A stretch of DNA of 64,000 nt, taken from positions 6,583 to 70,582 of the forward strand of contig DYIF01000009.1 in the NCBI GenBank assembly GCA_020723765.1, written 5' to 3'. This DNA is from Elusimicrobium minutum (GTDB lineage: Bacteria > Elusimicrobiota > Elusimicrobia > Elusimicrobiales > UBA9959). The translations under genes were made by a program, and so were the position numbers. The notes under the pieces were generated by a model that worked only from the letters and a program-made list of their open reading frames with translations, ran no database searches and had not been told where the DNA came from. Positions 52,970-63,726 of the stretch are shown here, in pieces (position 1 is the first letter of the stretch; each line of letters opens with the position of its first letter).

Positions 52970-54460
52970 ATGATTACACTTATAAAATTCGGTACCTCCG
53001 GATGGAGGGCAAAAATAGGAGAACATTTCAGCGTCCATAATATCCGTCGTGTCGCATGCGCTACGGCATTGCATATAAAAGAAAATAAACGATACGGCTA
53101 TAACGGCGAAGAATACGAGTTTTACCTCAAAAGCAGAAATAAGTCCAAACCTAATGTGCCTTTGGTGATAATAGGATACGATACGAGATTTTTTTCGGAA
53201 ATAGCCGCAAGGATTGTTGCCGAGGTTTTCGCTTATCACGGCATAAATGTGATATTTTCAAATATAGAATCTCCGACTCCTACCGTTGCATGGATGGTTA
53301 TGAAAAACAACGCCGTCGGAGGAGTAATGATAACGGCGAGTCATAATCCGCCGGAATATAACGGCTATAAATGGACTCCTTTTTGGGGAGGGCCCGCTAC
53401 GGTTGAAATAACAAACGACATAGAATCGAAGGCTTTTTCTTTGCCGGATTCTTTGTGCGAAAGGTATATGGATTTCGAGGCCGGGGTTTCCAATAAAATA
53501 ATAAAGGTGGCCGATTTCCACCAGGATTATTTCGAGCAGATTAATAAAATAATAGATTTTAAAAAAATAAAATCCGTAAAACCGAAGGTGGCCATAGATA
53601 GCGTATACGGAACCGCGAGAACATATTTAAAGAAACTTCTTCTTGACTGCGGACTAAATATAGTGGGGATAAGAGAAAACAGGGATGTATATTTCGGAGG
53701 GCATTCCCCGGATACAGATGAGGATAATTTAAAAGATTTGAAGCTTAACGTTACGAAAAACAAATGCGACATAGGTCTTGCCTGCGACGGAGACGCCGAT
53801 AGATTCGGTATAGTCACTTCGAGCGGAAAATGGCTTTCTCCTAATCTTGTGCTGGGGTTGTGTTACTATCATCTTCTTGAAAATAAAAAGATGAAAGGCG
53901 GTGTGGTCAGAAGCGTAATGACCTCTCATATGGTGGATGTTATAGCCAAAAACTACGGTTGCGAGGTTAGAGAAACTCCGGTAGGGTTTAAATACATAGG
54001 AGATCTGTTAAAAACGGGGTCTTATCTGATAGGAGGGGAGGAGTCCGGGGGACTAAGCATAACGGGACATGTTCCGGAGAAGGACGGAATACTCGCCTGT
54101 CTTTTGGTAACCGAAATGATTTGTTACGATAGAAGCGGAATAGATAAGATAATAGAAAAAGCGGAAAAGATGTTCGGTAAATTTTACAACGCGAGAATTA
54201 ACTTCAAGATAAGCGAGGATATGGATATGGGAAAAATCGTCGAAAGGCTTAAAAACAATCCTCCGCTTAAAATAGGGAATAACGCGGTTTGGAGAATAGA
54301 CCATACCGATGGTTTTAAGTTTATTCTTAAAAACGGAGCATGGTTGGGTTTAAGGCCGAGCGGAACCGAGCCGGTAGTTAGAATATATGCCGAGGCAAAC
54401 GAACAATCCCTATTAAATAAACTCATAGAAGAAGGCAAAAATATAGTAAACGGAAAATAG
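52970..54460 (+). CDS. alpha-D-phosphohexomutase family (phosphoglucomutase/phosphomannomutase)
   Basis: FGTSGWR, the active-site loop TASHNPPEYNGYK, the Mg-binding motif ACDGDADRFG and the sugar loop GGEESGG. Confidence 0.9.
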   Translation: MITLIKFGTSGWRAKIGEHFSVHNIRRVACATALHIKENKRYGYNGEEYEFYLKSRNKSKPNVPLVIIGYDTRFFSEIAARIVAEVFAYHGINVIFSNIESPTPTVAWMVMKNNAVGGVMITASHNPPEYNGYKWTPFWGGPATVEITNDIESKAFSLPDSLCERYMDFEAGVSNKIIKVADFHQDYFEQINKIIDFKKIKSVKPKVAIDSVYGTARTYLKKLLLDCGLNIVGIRENRDVYFGGHSPDTDEDNLKDLKLNVTKNKCDIGLACDGDADRFGIVTSSGKWLSPNLVLGLCYYHLLENKKMKGGVVRSVMTSHMVDVIAKNYGCEVRETPVGFKYIGDLLKTGSYLIGGEESGGLSITGHVPEKDGILACLLVTEMICYDRSGIDKIIEKAEKMFGKFYNARINFKISEDMDMGKIVERLKNNPPLKIGNNAVWRIDHTDGFKFILKNGAWLGLRPSGTEPVVRIYAEANEQSLLNKLIEEGKNIVNGK

Positions 54461-54500
54461 TTTTTTAAAATGATATAATTTATATATAGGAGGTTTTTTT

Positions 54501-55787
54501 ATGGACATTAAAATTAAAAAGATTTTTTCCAGAGAAATACTCGATTCAAGAGGCTTTCCTACAGTGGAAACCGACGTTTATCTTTCCGACGGTTCATTCG
54601 GAAGAGCCGCGGTTCCAAGCGGCGCTTCTACGGGAAGCAACGAGGCTTTAGAGTTAAGAGACGGGGATAAGAGATACGGCGGGAAAGGGGTTTTAAAGGC
54701 GATAAATAACGTAAATACCACAATATCAAAAGCTCTTGTCGGAATAAAAGCTACCGAACAGCAGAAGATCGACAAGATTATGATAGATTTAGACGGCACT
54801 CAAAATAAATCCAAGTTGGGAGCTAACGCCATACTTTCGGTTTCTATGGCCGTAGCCAGAGCCTGCGCTTTGGCGACCAAAATGCCGCTTTACGCTTATA
54901 TTAGAAAAACATACGGGCTTAAAGAGAAGGATTATCTAATACCTACTCCTATGTTAAACATAGTAAACGGCGGAAAACATGCCGATAGCGGATTAAGCGT
55001 TCAGGAGTTTATGATAGTACCGGTAGGAGCCCAAAGCTTTAAAGACGCCATAAGGATGGCGAGCGAAGTTTATCATAGTCTTAAAAAAATACTCGCCTCC
55101 AAAGGTTATACGGTTTCCGTAGGAGACGAAGGAGGATTTGCTCCGAAAATATTTACTCACGAAGCGGTTTTGGAAACCATTATGGAAGCGGTTTCGAAAG
55201 CCGGATATACCCAGAAAGAAATAAAAATAGGAATAGATTCAGCGGCAAGCGAATTTTATAAGGACGGTAAGTACATATTCGAAGGTTCGGCAATGAGCTC
55301 AAAAGAACTTTCGGCCAAATACGAGGAATGGAGAAAATATTTCCCGATAATATCTTACGAAGATCCTTTGGCCGAATACGATTGGGAAGGATGGCAGAGT
55401 TTTACCAAAATGATGGGTAAAAAATTGAGAATAATAGGCGACGATATATTCGTCACCAATCCCATAATATTCGAAAAAGGAATAACCGAGGATGTTGCCA
55501 ACGCCATACTTATAAAACTAAACCAGATAGGAAGCTTAACGGAAACGATAGAAGTAATAAATATGGCTAAAAAGAACGGCTATTCTACGGTTATATCTCA
55601 CAGATCGGGAGAGACCGAGGATAATTTTATAGCCGATCTTGCGGTTGCGGTTAACGCCGGAGCCATTAAAACCGGAGCTCCTTGCAGAAGCGAAAGGCTT
55701 TCAAAATACAATCAACTTATAAGAATAGAAGAAGAGCTGGGTAAAAAATCCAAATACTCGGGCGATATCGCCTTTAAAGTCAAATAA
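54501..55787 (+). CDS. eno: Enolase
   Basis: REILDSRGFPTVE, SGASTG, IKLNQIGSLTET and SHRSGETED. Confidence 0.98.
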   Translation: MDIKIKKIFSREILDSRGFPTVETDVYLSDGSFGRAAVPSGASTGSNEALELRDGDKRYGGKGVLKAINNVNTTISKALVGIKATEQQKIDKIMIDLDGTQNKSKLGANAILSVSMAVARACALATKMPLYAYIRKTYGLKEKDYLIPTPMLNIVNGGKHADSGLSVQEFMIVPVGAQSFKDAIRMASEVYHSLKKILASKGYTVSVGDEGGFAPKIFTHEAVLETIMEAVSKAGYTQKEIKIGIDSAASEFYKDGKYIFEGSAMSSKELSAKYEEWRKYFPIISYEDPLAEYDWEGWQSFTKMMGKKLRIIGDDIFVTNPIIFEKGITEDVANAILIKLNQIGSLTETIEVINMAKKNGYSTVISHRSGETEDNFIADLAVAVNAGAIKTGAPCRSERLSKYNQLIRIEEELGKKSKYSGDIAFKVK

Positions 55788-56068
55788 TGAAGTTTAAAAA
55801 ATTAAAGCCCGGGACAAAGTATTTTTTAATATTTATCCTGGGCTTTGTTTTTTGGATCGGCGGCATATATTCCGTAGTATCCAATTATTATCATATATAC
55901 AAGCTTAATAAATATAAAGCCAAACTTGAAAAAGAGAACGAATTGTTAAAAACGAAGATAAAACACGGCGACTCCAACGAATTTGTCGAATATAACGCGA
56001 GGGTGAGATTGGGTTTTAAAAAAGACGACGAGATAGAATACAGATTCGAACCTCCCGGTAACAAATGA
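55787..56068 (+). CDS. ftsB: Septum formation initiator (FtsB/DivIC family)
   Basis: 93 aa with a single TM helix followed by a leucine-zipper-like coiled coil. Its position directly after eno is common. Confidence 0.7.
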   Translation: MKFKKLKPGTKYFLIFILGFVFWIGGIYSVVSNYYHIYKLNKYKAKLEKENELLKTKIKHGDSNEFVEYNARVRLGFKKDDEIEYRFEPPGNK

Positions 56069-56682
56069 GCGAAATAATACAGATAAAAGTCGGAAAAATG
56101 GATAATTTTCTTTATATTATTTCGGCTCGCGCTTCTTTTGTGGTAATAGACCCTTCATGGGGATTTGAGAAGATAAAGGAGTACTCTTTAAAAACTTCGA
56201 AAAAGTTGTCCGCGGTTTTGCTTACTCACGGACATTTCGACCATTCGAACGATATAGATAAGTTGGCTAAAGAATACGGCGTAGATATATATATGTCTAA
56301 TGAAGACTCGGAATTTGTGGATTTAAAATACGATTTTAAATCGCTGTCCGACGTAAAAGAGCTGAATATCGACGGGATAAGAATAAAAGTTTTGTCGACC
56401 CCGGGGCATACCCCTGGTAGCGTATGCTATCTTTATGAAAATAATATATTTACCGGAGATACTCTTTTTTGTAAGGCCTGCGGAAGGGTGGACCTTCCAA
56501 AATCCGATCCGGAGGAAATGCGAAAAAGCTTATTAAAGCTATCCTCGCTTTCAAACGATACTGTGGTCTGGCCTGGCCACGATTATAACGGTTTTAAAAC
56601 CACAATAGGCGAGGAAAAAGAAAATAACATATTTTTAAAAACGGCTTCTTTTAGAGACGAGTTTTTATCCATAGTTTTATGA
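56065..56682 (+). CDS. MBL-fold metallo-hydrolase (glyoxalase II-like)
   Basis: It has the THGHFDH metal-binding motif, TPGHTPGS and a downstream GD/PGH. Confidence 0.85.
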   Translation: MSEIIQIKVGKMDNFLYIISARASFVVIDPSWGFEKIKEYSLKTSKKLSAVLLTHGHFDHSNDIDKLAKEYGVDIYMSNEDSEFVDLKYDFKSLSDVKELNIDGIRIKVLSTPGHTPGSVCYLYENNIFTGDTLFCKACGRVDLPKSDPEEMRKSLLKLSSLSNDTVVWPGHDYNGFKTTIGEEKENNIFLKTASFRDEFLSIVL

Positions 56683-57302
56683 AAATAGCTCTTGTAACCG
56701 ATTTTGACGGAACTATAACGACAAGAGATGTCGGAGATTTCCTTCTTCTTTATTTTAAATTGGCCACTTTGGAAGAAATTGAAGATTCTTATCGGCTCGG
56801 AATAAAAATAGAAGAATGGATGAAAACATATTTTTCCAGAATGAATAAGATAAAAAAAGAAGACGTAAAAAAAGCGGTGAGAGAAAATATAAAGATAAGA
56901 GAGGGTTTTAAAGAGGCGGTCGAATCTTTGAAAAAACATAATATGCCGGTAGAGGTTGTCAGCGGCGGAGTGGATCTTTACATAGAAGAAGTTTTTTCGA
57001 TATACGGTATAGATTTAAAAGGTTTTTACGGAAAATTTAACGACGGCAAAATTTCTTTCGATTTTTTGGGCTCCGACACCCTTTCCGATTTTAAGGCTTA
57101 TAGAGTCGATTATTATAAGAATTTGGGATATAAAACGATTTTTTGCGGGGATGCCGTTAACGATTATAAAGCCGCTAAAAAAGCGGATATCGCTTTTGCC
57201 GCTTTGAGACTTAAAGAGATTTTAAAAAAAGAAAACTATCCGTTTAAAGAATTGGACGATTTTAAAGAACTTAAGGAATTGATAAATGCATCCGTTTATT
57301 GA
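56679..57302 (+). CDS. HAD-IB family phosphatase (MtnX/PSP-like)
   Basis: VTDFDGTIT is HAD motif I (DxDxT), VVSGG is motif II, and GDAVNDYKAAKKAD is motif III. Confidence 0.75.
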   Translation: MKIALVTDFDGTITTRDVGDFLLLYFKLATLEEIEDSYRLGIKIEEWMKTYFSRMNKIKKEDVKKAVRENIKIREGFKEAVESLKKHNMPVEVVSGGVDLYIEEVFSIYGIDLKGFYGKFNDGKISFDFLGSDTLSDFKAYRVDYYKNLGYKTIFCGDAVNDYKAAKKADIAFAALRLKEILKKENYPFKELDDFKELKELINASVY

Positions 57303-58077
57303 TTTAGGGTTTGTAAAAATTCCGATGTACGGGGTTATGATAGCCTCGGCCTATTTAGTTTCTTATCTTTATCTTGTTAAGAGAGGAAAAGATGCGGGTT
57401 TTGATAAAAGTAAAATTTCGGATATTACATTTTATATCGTTTTGTGGGGTTTTATAGGGGCGAAGATTTTATATATATTTACTTTTTATAACGATTTCGG
57501 AAATAATTTTTACGAAAGATTTATAAATATATTTACATTAAGTAATTTAAGGGCCGGTTTCGTTTTCTACGGCGGTTTTATAGCCGCTTCTATTTTTGTT
57601 TATTATTATTCGCAAAAGAATAAAATTAATTTTTTCAAATTGGCCGACTTTTTCGCTCCGGCGATACCGCTTGCTCATTCGATAGGAAGATTGGGTTGTT
57701 TTTTTGCTGGGTGTTGTCACGGCAGAGAAACAAATTCCTTTTTGGGAGTAGTATTTACGAGCCCTTATTGCGAAGTCGATGTGTCTCTAATAGGGCATAA
57801 AATACATCCGACACAATTATACGAGTCTATCGGAAATTTTATAATTTTTTTGTTTTTAAACGGATTGTCGAAAAATAAAAATTTAAAAGAAGGGACCCTT
57901 ATATTCGGGTATTTTGTATTCTATTCTTTTTTAAGATTTATAGTCGAGTTTTTTAGGGGAGATAATAGAGGCGGTTATTGGCTCGGTTATCTTTCTCAGG
58001 CGCAACTCATATCGATTTTAGTAATAGTATTTTCTTTTATTTTTTTAAAATTTTACATATGGAAAATCAAAAAATAG
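57286..58077 (+). CDS. lgt: Prolipoprotein diacylglyceryl transferase
   Basis: It is a polytopic membrane protein with GRLGCFFAGCCHGRE and HPTQLYES motifs typical of Lgt. Confidence 0.88.
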   Translation: MHPFIDLGFVKIPMYGVMIASAYLVSYLYLVKRGKDAGFDKSKISDITFYIVLWGFIGAKILYIFTFYNDFGNNFYERFINIFTLSNLRAGFVFYGGFIAASIFVYYYSQKNKINFFKLADFFAPAIPLAHSIGRLGCFFAGCCHGRETNSFLGVVFTSPYCEVDVSLIGHKIHPTQLYESIGNFIIFLFLNGLSKNKNLKEGTLIFGYFVFYSFLRFIVEFFRGDNRGGYWLGYLSQAQLISILVIVFSFIFLKFYIWKIKK

Positions 58078-58958
58078 AGTATAAAGGCGGGGGGGATAGA
58101 ATAGATGTTTTCATAAAAACTTTGCTCCCGTATTCGCGCGAATTTATAAAAAAACTGATTTTGTCAGGAAATATTTCTGTAAACTCTAAAAAAGTAAAAC
58201 CTTCTTTTGTTTTGTCTGAAGGCGATGTCATAGAAATAATAGAAGAAACGCAATCTAAAGAAGATATCTTATTGACCGATATAAAGATTTATGAAGACGA
58301 AGACATACTTGTTTTAAATAAGCCATTCGGCCTTTTGGTTCATCCTACGGACGACAACTGGAATTCTGATTTGTCCGCTCTTAATTTTTCAAAAGACAGC
58401 TTGGTGTGGCTTTTGTACTCTCAAAAATTTTCAAAAGATATGGAAAAACTCGACAGGCTTGGCCTTGTTCACAGATTGGACGCCGATACCAGCGGGGTTA
58501 TGGTTATAGCTAAAAACGTTTCCGCTCAAAAAAAACTTATAGAGCAATTTTCAAAAAGAGAGGTTTTTAAAAATTACAAAGCGGTTTCTTCGGGAGTTTT
58601 TCAAAAAGAAGAGCTTACCATAGACGCTCCGATAGGGAGGTTTTCCGGCTCGAAGAAATTGGAGGTTATGGAATACGGGCGAGACGCCGTGACCGAGATT
58701 AAAGTTATAAAAAAAGGAAAGCAAAACACTTATTTAGACATATTCCCGAAAACCGGAAGGACCAATCAAATAAGAGTTCATCTTTCTTTTATAAATCATC
58801 CCATAATAGGAGATAGGATATATTCAAAAACAAATTACGACAGATTGATGCTTCATTCCCATAAAATTTCTTTTTTCCATCCTTCCAAAAACAAAAAAGT
58901 TTCTTTCGAAGCGGAATTAGACCCGGATTTTAAAAAAAGGTTATCCAAACTCGTTTGA
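58059..58958 (+). CDS. RluA/RluD-family 23S rRNA pseudouridine synthase
   Basis: It has an S4-like N-terminus, the catalytic motif HRLDADTSGVMV and TGRTNQIRVH. I chose the ATG at 58059 because the 57978 start would overlap lgt by 100 nt. Confidence 0.88.
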   Translation: MENQKIEYKGGGDRIDVFIKTLLPYSREFIKKLILSGNISVNSKKVKPSFVLSEGDVIEIIEETQSKEDILLTDIKIYEDEDILVLNKPFGLLVHPTDDNWNSDLSALNFSKDSLVWLLYSQKFSKDMEKLDRLGLVHRLDADTSGVMVIAKNVSAQKKLIEQFSKREVFKNYKAVSSGVFQKEELTIDAPIGRFSGSKKLEVMEYGRDAVTEIKVIKKGKQNTYLDIFPKTGRTNQIRVHLSFINHPIIGDRIYSKTNYDRLMLHSHKISFFHPSKNKKVSFEAELDPDFKKRLSKLV

Positions 58959-58990
58959 TTATTTCTCTCTTTTTTTGTTAAATTATAGAT

Positions 58991-59353
58991 ATGAGTTTTA
59001 ATTTGACCACCAGATCCATACTCGACGAAAACTACTGCCTTGTTCTTCCCAAAAATTCTTGTGAGGTTTTCGTTTTCTGGAAGTTTTCGGATTTTAAGAT
59101 TTCTCAATTTGAAAAAGGTTATTATTTGAAAAACATAATATTCAGGGTTTTGGACGAAAATAAAAACACAGTCGCGGATGTTCCTTGCGAGTGGGCGAGA
59201 GCCAAGTTTTATATATCGCTTCCTAAATTCGTAAATTCTATTACGGTGGAACTCTACGCGGAAAACTCTAACGGCAAGGAAAAGATTTCGGTTTCAAACG
59301 AGATAAATATTTCTTACGAAAAGGAAATAAAGAAAGAATATACGAGAATATAA
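58991..59353 (+). CDS. DUF4912-like small protein (commonly precedes GH57 enzymes)
   Basis: The call rests on size, the CLVLPKNSCEVFVFW pattern and its position directly 5' of a GH57 gene. It is tentative. Confidence 0.45.
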   Translation: MSFNLTTRSILDENYCLVLPKNSCEVFVFWKFSDFKISQFEKGYYLKNIIFRVLDENKNTVADVPCEWARAKFYISLPKFVNSITVELYAENSNGKEKISVSNEINISYEKEIKKEYTRI

Positions 59354-60924
59354 TGAGCTCAAAAATAAATCACATTTTTATTCTTCACGCTCATCTTCCA
59401 TACATAAACCATATAAATTCCAATTATATAGAAGAGAATTGGTATTTTGAAAATGTCGTAGAGTCGTATATACCGATTCTTGGAATGATAGAAAGGCTTT
59501 CAAACGACGGGATAAATCCGAAGCTTACCGTTTCCCTGTCTCCGACGCTTTGTTCTATGATGGAAAACGAGATCTTGGAAAAAAAATTAAAACGGTATAT
59601 AGAACTTAGACTGAAACTCATAGAATCGGAAACGGAAATAAACGAAGACGAGAGGATTATAGCTCTTTTGGATTTTTATCATAAAAAATATTTAGAGGCT
59701 CTGGAATTTTTAAACAAATACAGCGGAGATTTGATAACTCCTTTTAAACTATATCAAAATCAAGGTTTAATCGAGGTTATTACCACCCCTGCCACTTATC
59801 CCATAATACCTTTAACTTTAAACAGAGAGACCATCGACGCTCAGATAACTTTAGCGTCGAACGATTATAAAGAAAGATTTTCAAAGGATCTTAACGGTAT
59901 TTTTTTAAGCGAATGCGCTTACGACAGCCGTGTCGAGCCGTATCTTAAAAAAAATTCGATAAAATATTTTTTTGTAGACGAAAACGCCGTAGATAAAACA
60001 AAGAATTCTCCTTATAACTCGTATAAAACGGATAACGGAATAACATTTTTTGTGCTCGATTATCTGACGTCCGAAAGGATATTCGGAGAATATTCTTATC
60101 TTTCAAATCCTTTGTACAGAGATTTTTACAGAGATATAGGTTATGAGAGAGATATGGATTATCTAAAAAAATTTACGCTTTCGGATCAAAGGATACCTAC
60201 TGGAATTAAATATCATAAAATAACCGACGTTAATAAACCTCTTAAAGACAAAGAGGTTTACGAAATAGATAAAGCATTCGACCAGGCTGATTTGGACAGT
60301 AAGAGTTTTTTAAGCGATATGATTAAAAGGTTTGAAAATTATCAGGGAGATCCCGTTTCGGTAAGCTGTTTTAATATGGAACTTTTCGGCCACAGGTGGT
60401 TTGAGGGTGTGGCGTTTTTGGAATCTTTTTTTAGAAATATAAGAGCTCAAAGATATCCGGTTCAGATGTATACCCCTTCCGAATATATTTCGAATAATTC
60501 TTCCCCATACATATTAAGACCTTCAATATCCAGCTGGAGCGATAACGGCTTTTTCGATAAGTGGCTGAACGATAAAAACGATTTTATTTATCCGTATCTC
60601 TATGAGGTTACCAGAAAATACATAAGAACCGTTAACAGGTTTATAAACTCTTCTATTTCCGCGGACGTGGATAAAGCGTTGAAACAACTCACCAGAGAAA
60701 TTCTTTTGATGCAATCGAGCGACTGGGCCGTTCTTATAAACTACGATACCCATAAGGATTACGCGATATTTAGGTTAAAGACTCATTACGAAAACGCGCT
60801 AAAAATCATAAACGATTTAAATTCGGGATCTCTGGATTTCGATTTTTTGAAAAGAATAGAGCAAGAAAACGGGGTTTTTCACTCCCTTGATTGGAAAAGT
60901 TTCGCCACCAAATCATCATTTTAA
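59353..60924 (+). CDS. Glycoside hydrolase family 57 1,4-alpha-glucan branching enzyme-like (DUF1957)
   Basis: The N-terminus FILHAHLPY, an ECAYD segment and the C-terminal QSSDW motif are typical of the GH57/DUF1957 branching enzymes. Confidence 0.8.
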   Translation: MSSKINHIFILHAHLPYINHINSNYIEENWYFENVVESYIPILGMIERLSNDGINPKLTVSLSPTLCSMMENEILEKKLKRYIELRLKLIESETEINEDERIIALLDFYHKKYLEALEFLNKYSGDLITPFKLYQNQGLIEVITTPATYPIIPLTLNRETIDAQITLASNDYKERFSKDLNGIFLSECAYDSRVEPYLKKNSIKYFFVDENAVDKTKNSPYNSYKTDNGITFFVLDYLTSERIFGEYSYLSNPLYRDFYRDIGYERDMDYLKKFTLSDQRIPTGIKYHKITDVNKPLKDKEVYEIDKAFDQADLDSKSFLSDMIKRFENYQGDPVSVSCFNMELFGHRWFEGVAFLESFFRNIRAQRYPVQMYTPSEYISNNSSPYILRPSISSWSDNGFFDKWLNDKNDFIYPYLYEVTRKYIRTVNRFINSSISADVDKALKQLTREILLMQSSDWAVLINYDTHKDYAIFRLKTHYENALKIINDLNSGSLDFDFLKRIEQENGVFHSLDWKSFATKSSF

Positions 60925-60952
60925 AAATGCTATCATATATTTAGGAGGGATT

Positions 60953-62134
60953 ATGAAGATGGTAGAAATATCTAACGGGGTGTATTCGCTCAGAGTAAAT
61001 CATTTCAACAGAAAGCTTTTCGACGCCTTGATTCCGCTTCCGGACGGCACAAGCTATAACGCTTATCTGTTAATGGGAACCAAACATACGGTTTTGTTGG
61101 ATACCGCCGACCCTGAAAAAAAAGATTTATTCTTAGATTATCTGAAAGACATAAATAAGATAGATTTTGTGGTGGCTCATCACGCCGAGCAAGATCATAG
61201 CGGCCTTATCCCCGTTGTTTTGGATAAATATCCGCAATGCAAGGTTTTGACTAACGAAAAATGCGCTGATCTTTTAAAAACTCATCTTCATATAAAAGAC
61301 GACAGAATCGTTTTGATAAAAGACGGCGAGAAAATGGATATAGGGGGAAAAACTTTGGAGTTTGTTTTTATCCCCTGGGTTCATTGGCCGGAAACATTCG
61401 CCACATATTTGCACGAAGACAGAATTTTATTCCCTTGCGATTTCTTCGGATCTCACTTAGCTACCGACGAGGTTTATTCTACGCCGGAAATGGTTTATGA
61501 GCCGATGAAAAGATATTACGCCGAGATAATGATGCCTTTTTCCGCGAATATAAAATCTAATCTTGAAAAAATTTCGAAATTTGAAATAAAAACCATATGT
61601 CCGAGCCACGGCCCGATACATAACAACGTCAATTTTCCGATAGATTGTTATAAAAAATGGAGCTTTGGGGAGCTTGAAAATAAAGTTTCGGTTCTTTATG
61701 TTTCCATGCATAACTCCACTTATATGATGGTGGACAGGCTTATAAGCAAATTAAACGATTACGGAGTTATGGTGGAAAAACTTAATCTGGAAGACGCGGA
61801 TTTGGGAAGAGTGGCTATGAGTCTCGTGGACTCTAAAACGGTTGTAATAGCCACCCCTACGGTGCTCGGCGGGCCTCATCCCAAAGCTATATACGCCGCT
61901 TATCTTTTTTCTCTTTTAAGGCCGAGAACGAAAAACTTAGCCGTTATGTTTTCATACGGATGGGGCGGTAAAACCGTAGAGTTTTTATCCGGAGTGCTTT
62001 CAAATTCAAAAGCGGAACTTATAGGCCAGGTCGGTATAAAGGGAATGCCGAACGACGATGCCTATAAGCTAATAGATACTCTTGCGAGAGAAATATCCGA
62101 AAAACACTTGAAAGTTGGAGCGGCAAACAAATGA
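60953..62134 (+). CDS. Flavodiiron protein (FprA-type: MBL-like diiron domain plus flavodoxin domain)
   Basis: I chose the ATG at 60953, which follows a GGAGG RBS. It has the HHAEQDHSG diiron motif and a C-terminal flavodoxin-like VSVLYVSMHNST. Confidence 0.85.
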   Translation: MKMVEISNGVYSLRVNHFNRKLFDALIPLPDGTSYNAYLLMGTKHTVLLDTADPEKKDLFLDYLKDINKIDFVVAHHAEQDHSGLIPVVLDKYPQCKVLTNEKCADLLKTHLHIKDDRIVLIKDGEKMDIGGKTLEFVFIPWVHWPETFATYLHEDRILFPCDFFGSHLATDEVYSTPEMVYEPMKRYYAEIMMPFSANIKSNLEKISKFEIKTICPSHGPIHNNVNFPIDCYKKWSFGELENKVSVLYVSMHNSTYMMVDRLISKLNDYGVMVEKLNLEDADLGRVAMSLVDSKTVVIATPTVLGGPHPKAIYAAYLFSLLRPRTKNLAVMFSYGWGGKTVEFLSGVLSNSKAELIGQVGIKGMPNDDAYKLIDTLAREISEKHLKVGAANK

Positions 62135-63120
62135 AAAAAATATTTTTTTGTTCGATATTGTTTATATCGGGATGTTCTTATATGAGCAAAAAAAGCGATT
62201 CTTTTTCCGATATAAAATTCGATTACGAGACAGTCGTTAAAAAAGGAGAGATTCGTTCCGATCTCCATATAAAAAAAGCATGTTCGGACACTTATGCCTT
62301 ATTGATAGATTTGCTTTCAAATAAAGATAGCTCTAAATTTTTTCTTGAAGATAAGGATGGAAAGTGTTTTTACTATATAAACTCTTTTAAACCGAAAGTT
62401 TTAAAAAAAACAAAAGATGCCGACACCGTTTCGTATAAATTTATTATTAACTCCGAAAAATTGATTTCGGAGTTGAAGGAAAAACAAGCTTTCTCTAAAG
62501 CTCTTCCCGATATTCTTTTTTTAGCCGATAAAGATATTTATGAGTTTAAAGATAGTTTAAAACTCGATTTTGCCAATCTGGATTTTAAAATAAAGGGTGA
62601 AACGTACGATTCTTCCAAATACGATTTTATATTGGATTCATATTTGATTAATTCCGAGATTAAAACCGCCGTTTCGTCGGTTTATTTTTCAAGTTTTACC
62701 GCCAATATTATAAATTCTTATACCGGAGCTCAGTTGGCCGAATTTAAAACTTCGGCAATATCTCAGCTCTCTTTTGAAGATGCCGTTAAAAAATTGGCCG
62801 AAGATTTAAACTCGAAACTTTACCAAAAAAAAGATGTTTTTAATATTAAGCATTATACTTTTAAAATATACGGATATCAAAAGTACTCTTATCTTTCCGG
62901 CATCGTTTCGGTTTTAAAACAAAATAATTTGAAATTTTCGGTAGATTCTTTAAATTCGGAGTTTTTATCGATTAAAATATATAAAAAAGACTCAAGGACA
63001 TTACAGGAGCTTGTAAGTTTATTTTTAAAAGACGTTAAAAACCTTTCGATAGATAGCATAGACGAAGAAAACAATTCGGCTTTGTTTTATTTCTCAAATA
63101 CGGGATTAAACATATTGTAA
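62131..63120 (+). CDS. Lipoprotein, function unknown
   Basis: It has the lipobox ISGC after a signal peptide. I recognised no motif. Confidence 0.5.
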   Translation: MKKIFFCSILFISGCSYMSKKSDSFSDIKFDYETVVKKGEIRSDLHIKKACSDTYALLIDLLSNKDSSKFFLEDKDGKCFYYINSFKPKVLKKTKDADTVSYKFIINSEKLISELKEKQAFSKALPDILFLADKDIYEFKDSLKLDFANLDFKIKGETYDSSKYDFILDSYLINSEIKTAVSSVYFSSFTANIINSYTGAQLAEFKTSAISQLSFEDAVKKLAEDLNSKLYQKKDVFNIKHYTFKIYGYQKYSYLSGIVSVLKQNNLKFSVDSLNSEFLSIKIYKKDSRTLQELVSLFLKDVKNLSIDSIDEENNSALFYFSNTGLNIL

Positions 63121-63121
63121 T

Positions 63122-63718
63122 ATGAAAAAAATATTGTTTTTCTCTTTTCTTTTGGTTTCTTGCTCTTCGCTTAACGTGAAAAAACAGGATAATAAATATT
63201 CTTCTCTTAGCTCGAGAGGTTCAATAGCCGTTTTGCCTTTCGATAATCTTTCAAACGATATAACCGCCGAGACCATGATAAGAGATATGATAACTTCGGG
63301 ACTTGAAAAAAAGGGGTGGCAGGTTATAAAAAACGAGATTACCGACGAAAAGCTCAAAAGCGTAGGGATAACCGACGGGGGACAGCTTAATTCCGTAACG
63401 CCAAAAGAAATTTCCGAACTTTTAACCGCGGATTATTTGTTATACGGAACAATAGAAGATTTTAAACTACAAAATTTGGGATATGTAGTAAAAAAAACCG
63501 TCGAGATAAATGTTAAAATAGTTAAAGGGGCAACGGAAGAAACGGTTTTTGATGAGAAAGGATCCGGAGGAGATTTTAAAGTTTTTCTAAAAAGCGACGA
63601 AGCCAAGAAGGCTTTTATAGAATATAACGCTTTGAAACTTGTTCAAAATATTGTAAAAAGACCTTTGTATAAAGAAGCTAAAGATGCGGTAAGTAAAATT
63701 TTAAATAAGATACCTTAG
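63122..63718 (+). CDS. Lipoprotein, DUF799/LpoB-like (CsgG-cluster associated)
   Basis: It has the lipobox LVSC. IAVLPFDNLSNDITAETMIRDMI resembles the DUF799/GNA1162-type lipoproteins that neighbour CsgG-like genes. Confidence 0.5.
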   Translation: MKKILFFSFLLVSCSSLNVKKQDNKYSSLSSRGSIAVLPFDNLSNDITAETMIRDMITSGLEKKGWQVIKNEITDEKLKSVGITDGGQLNSVTPKEISELLTADYLLYGTIEDFKLQNLGYVVKKTVEINVKIVKGATEETVFDEKGSGGDFKVFLKSDEAKKAFIEYNALKLVQNIVKRPLYKEAKDAVSKILNKIP

Positions 63719-63726
63719 GAGGAAAG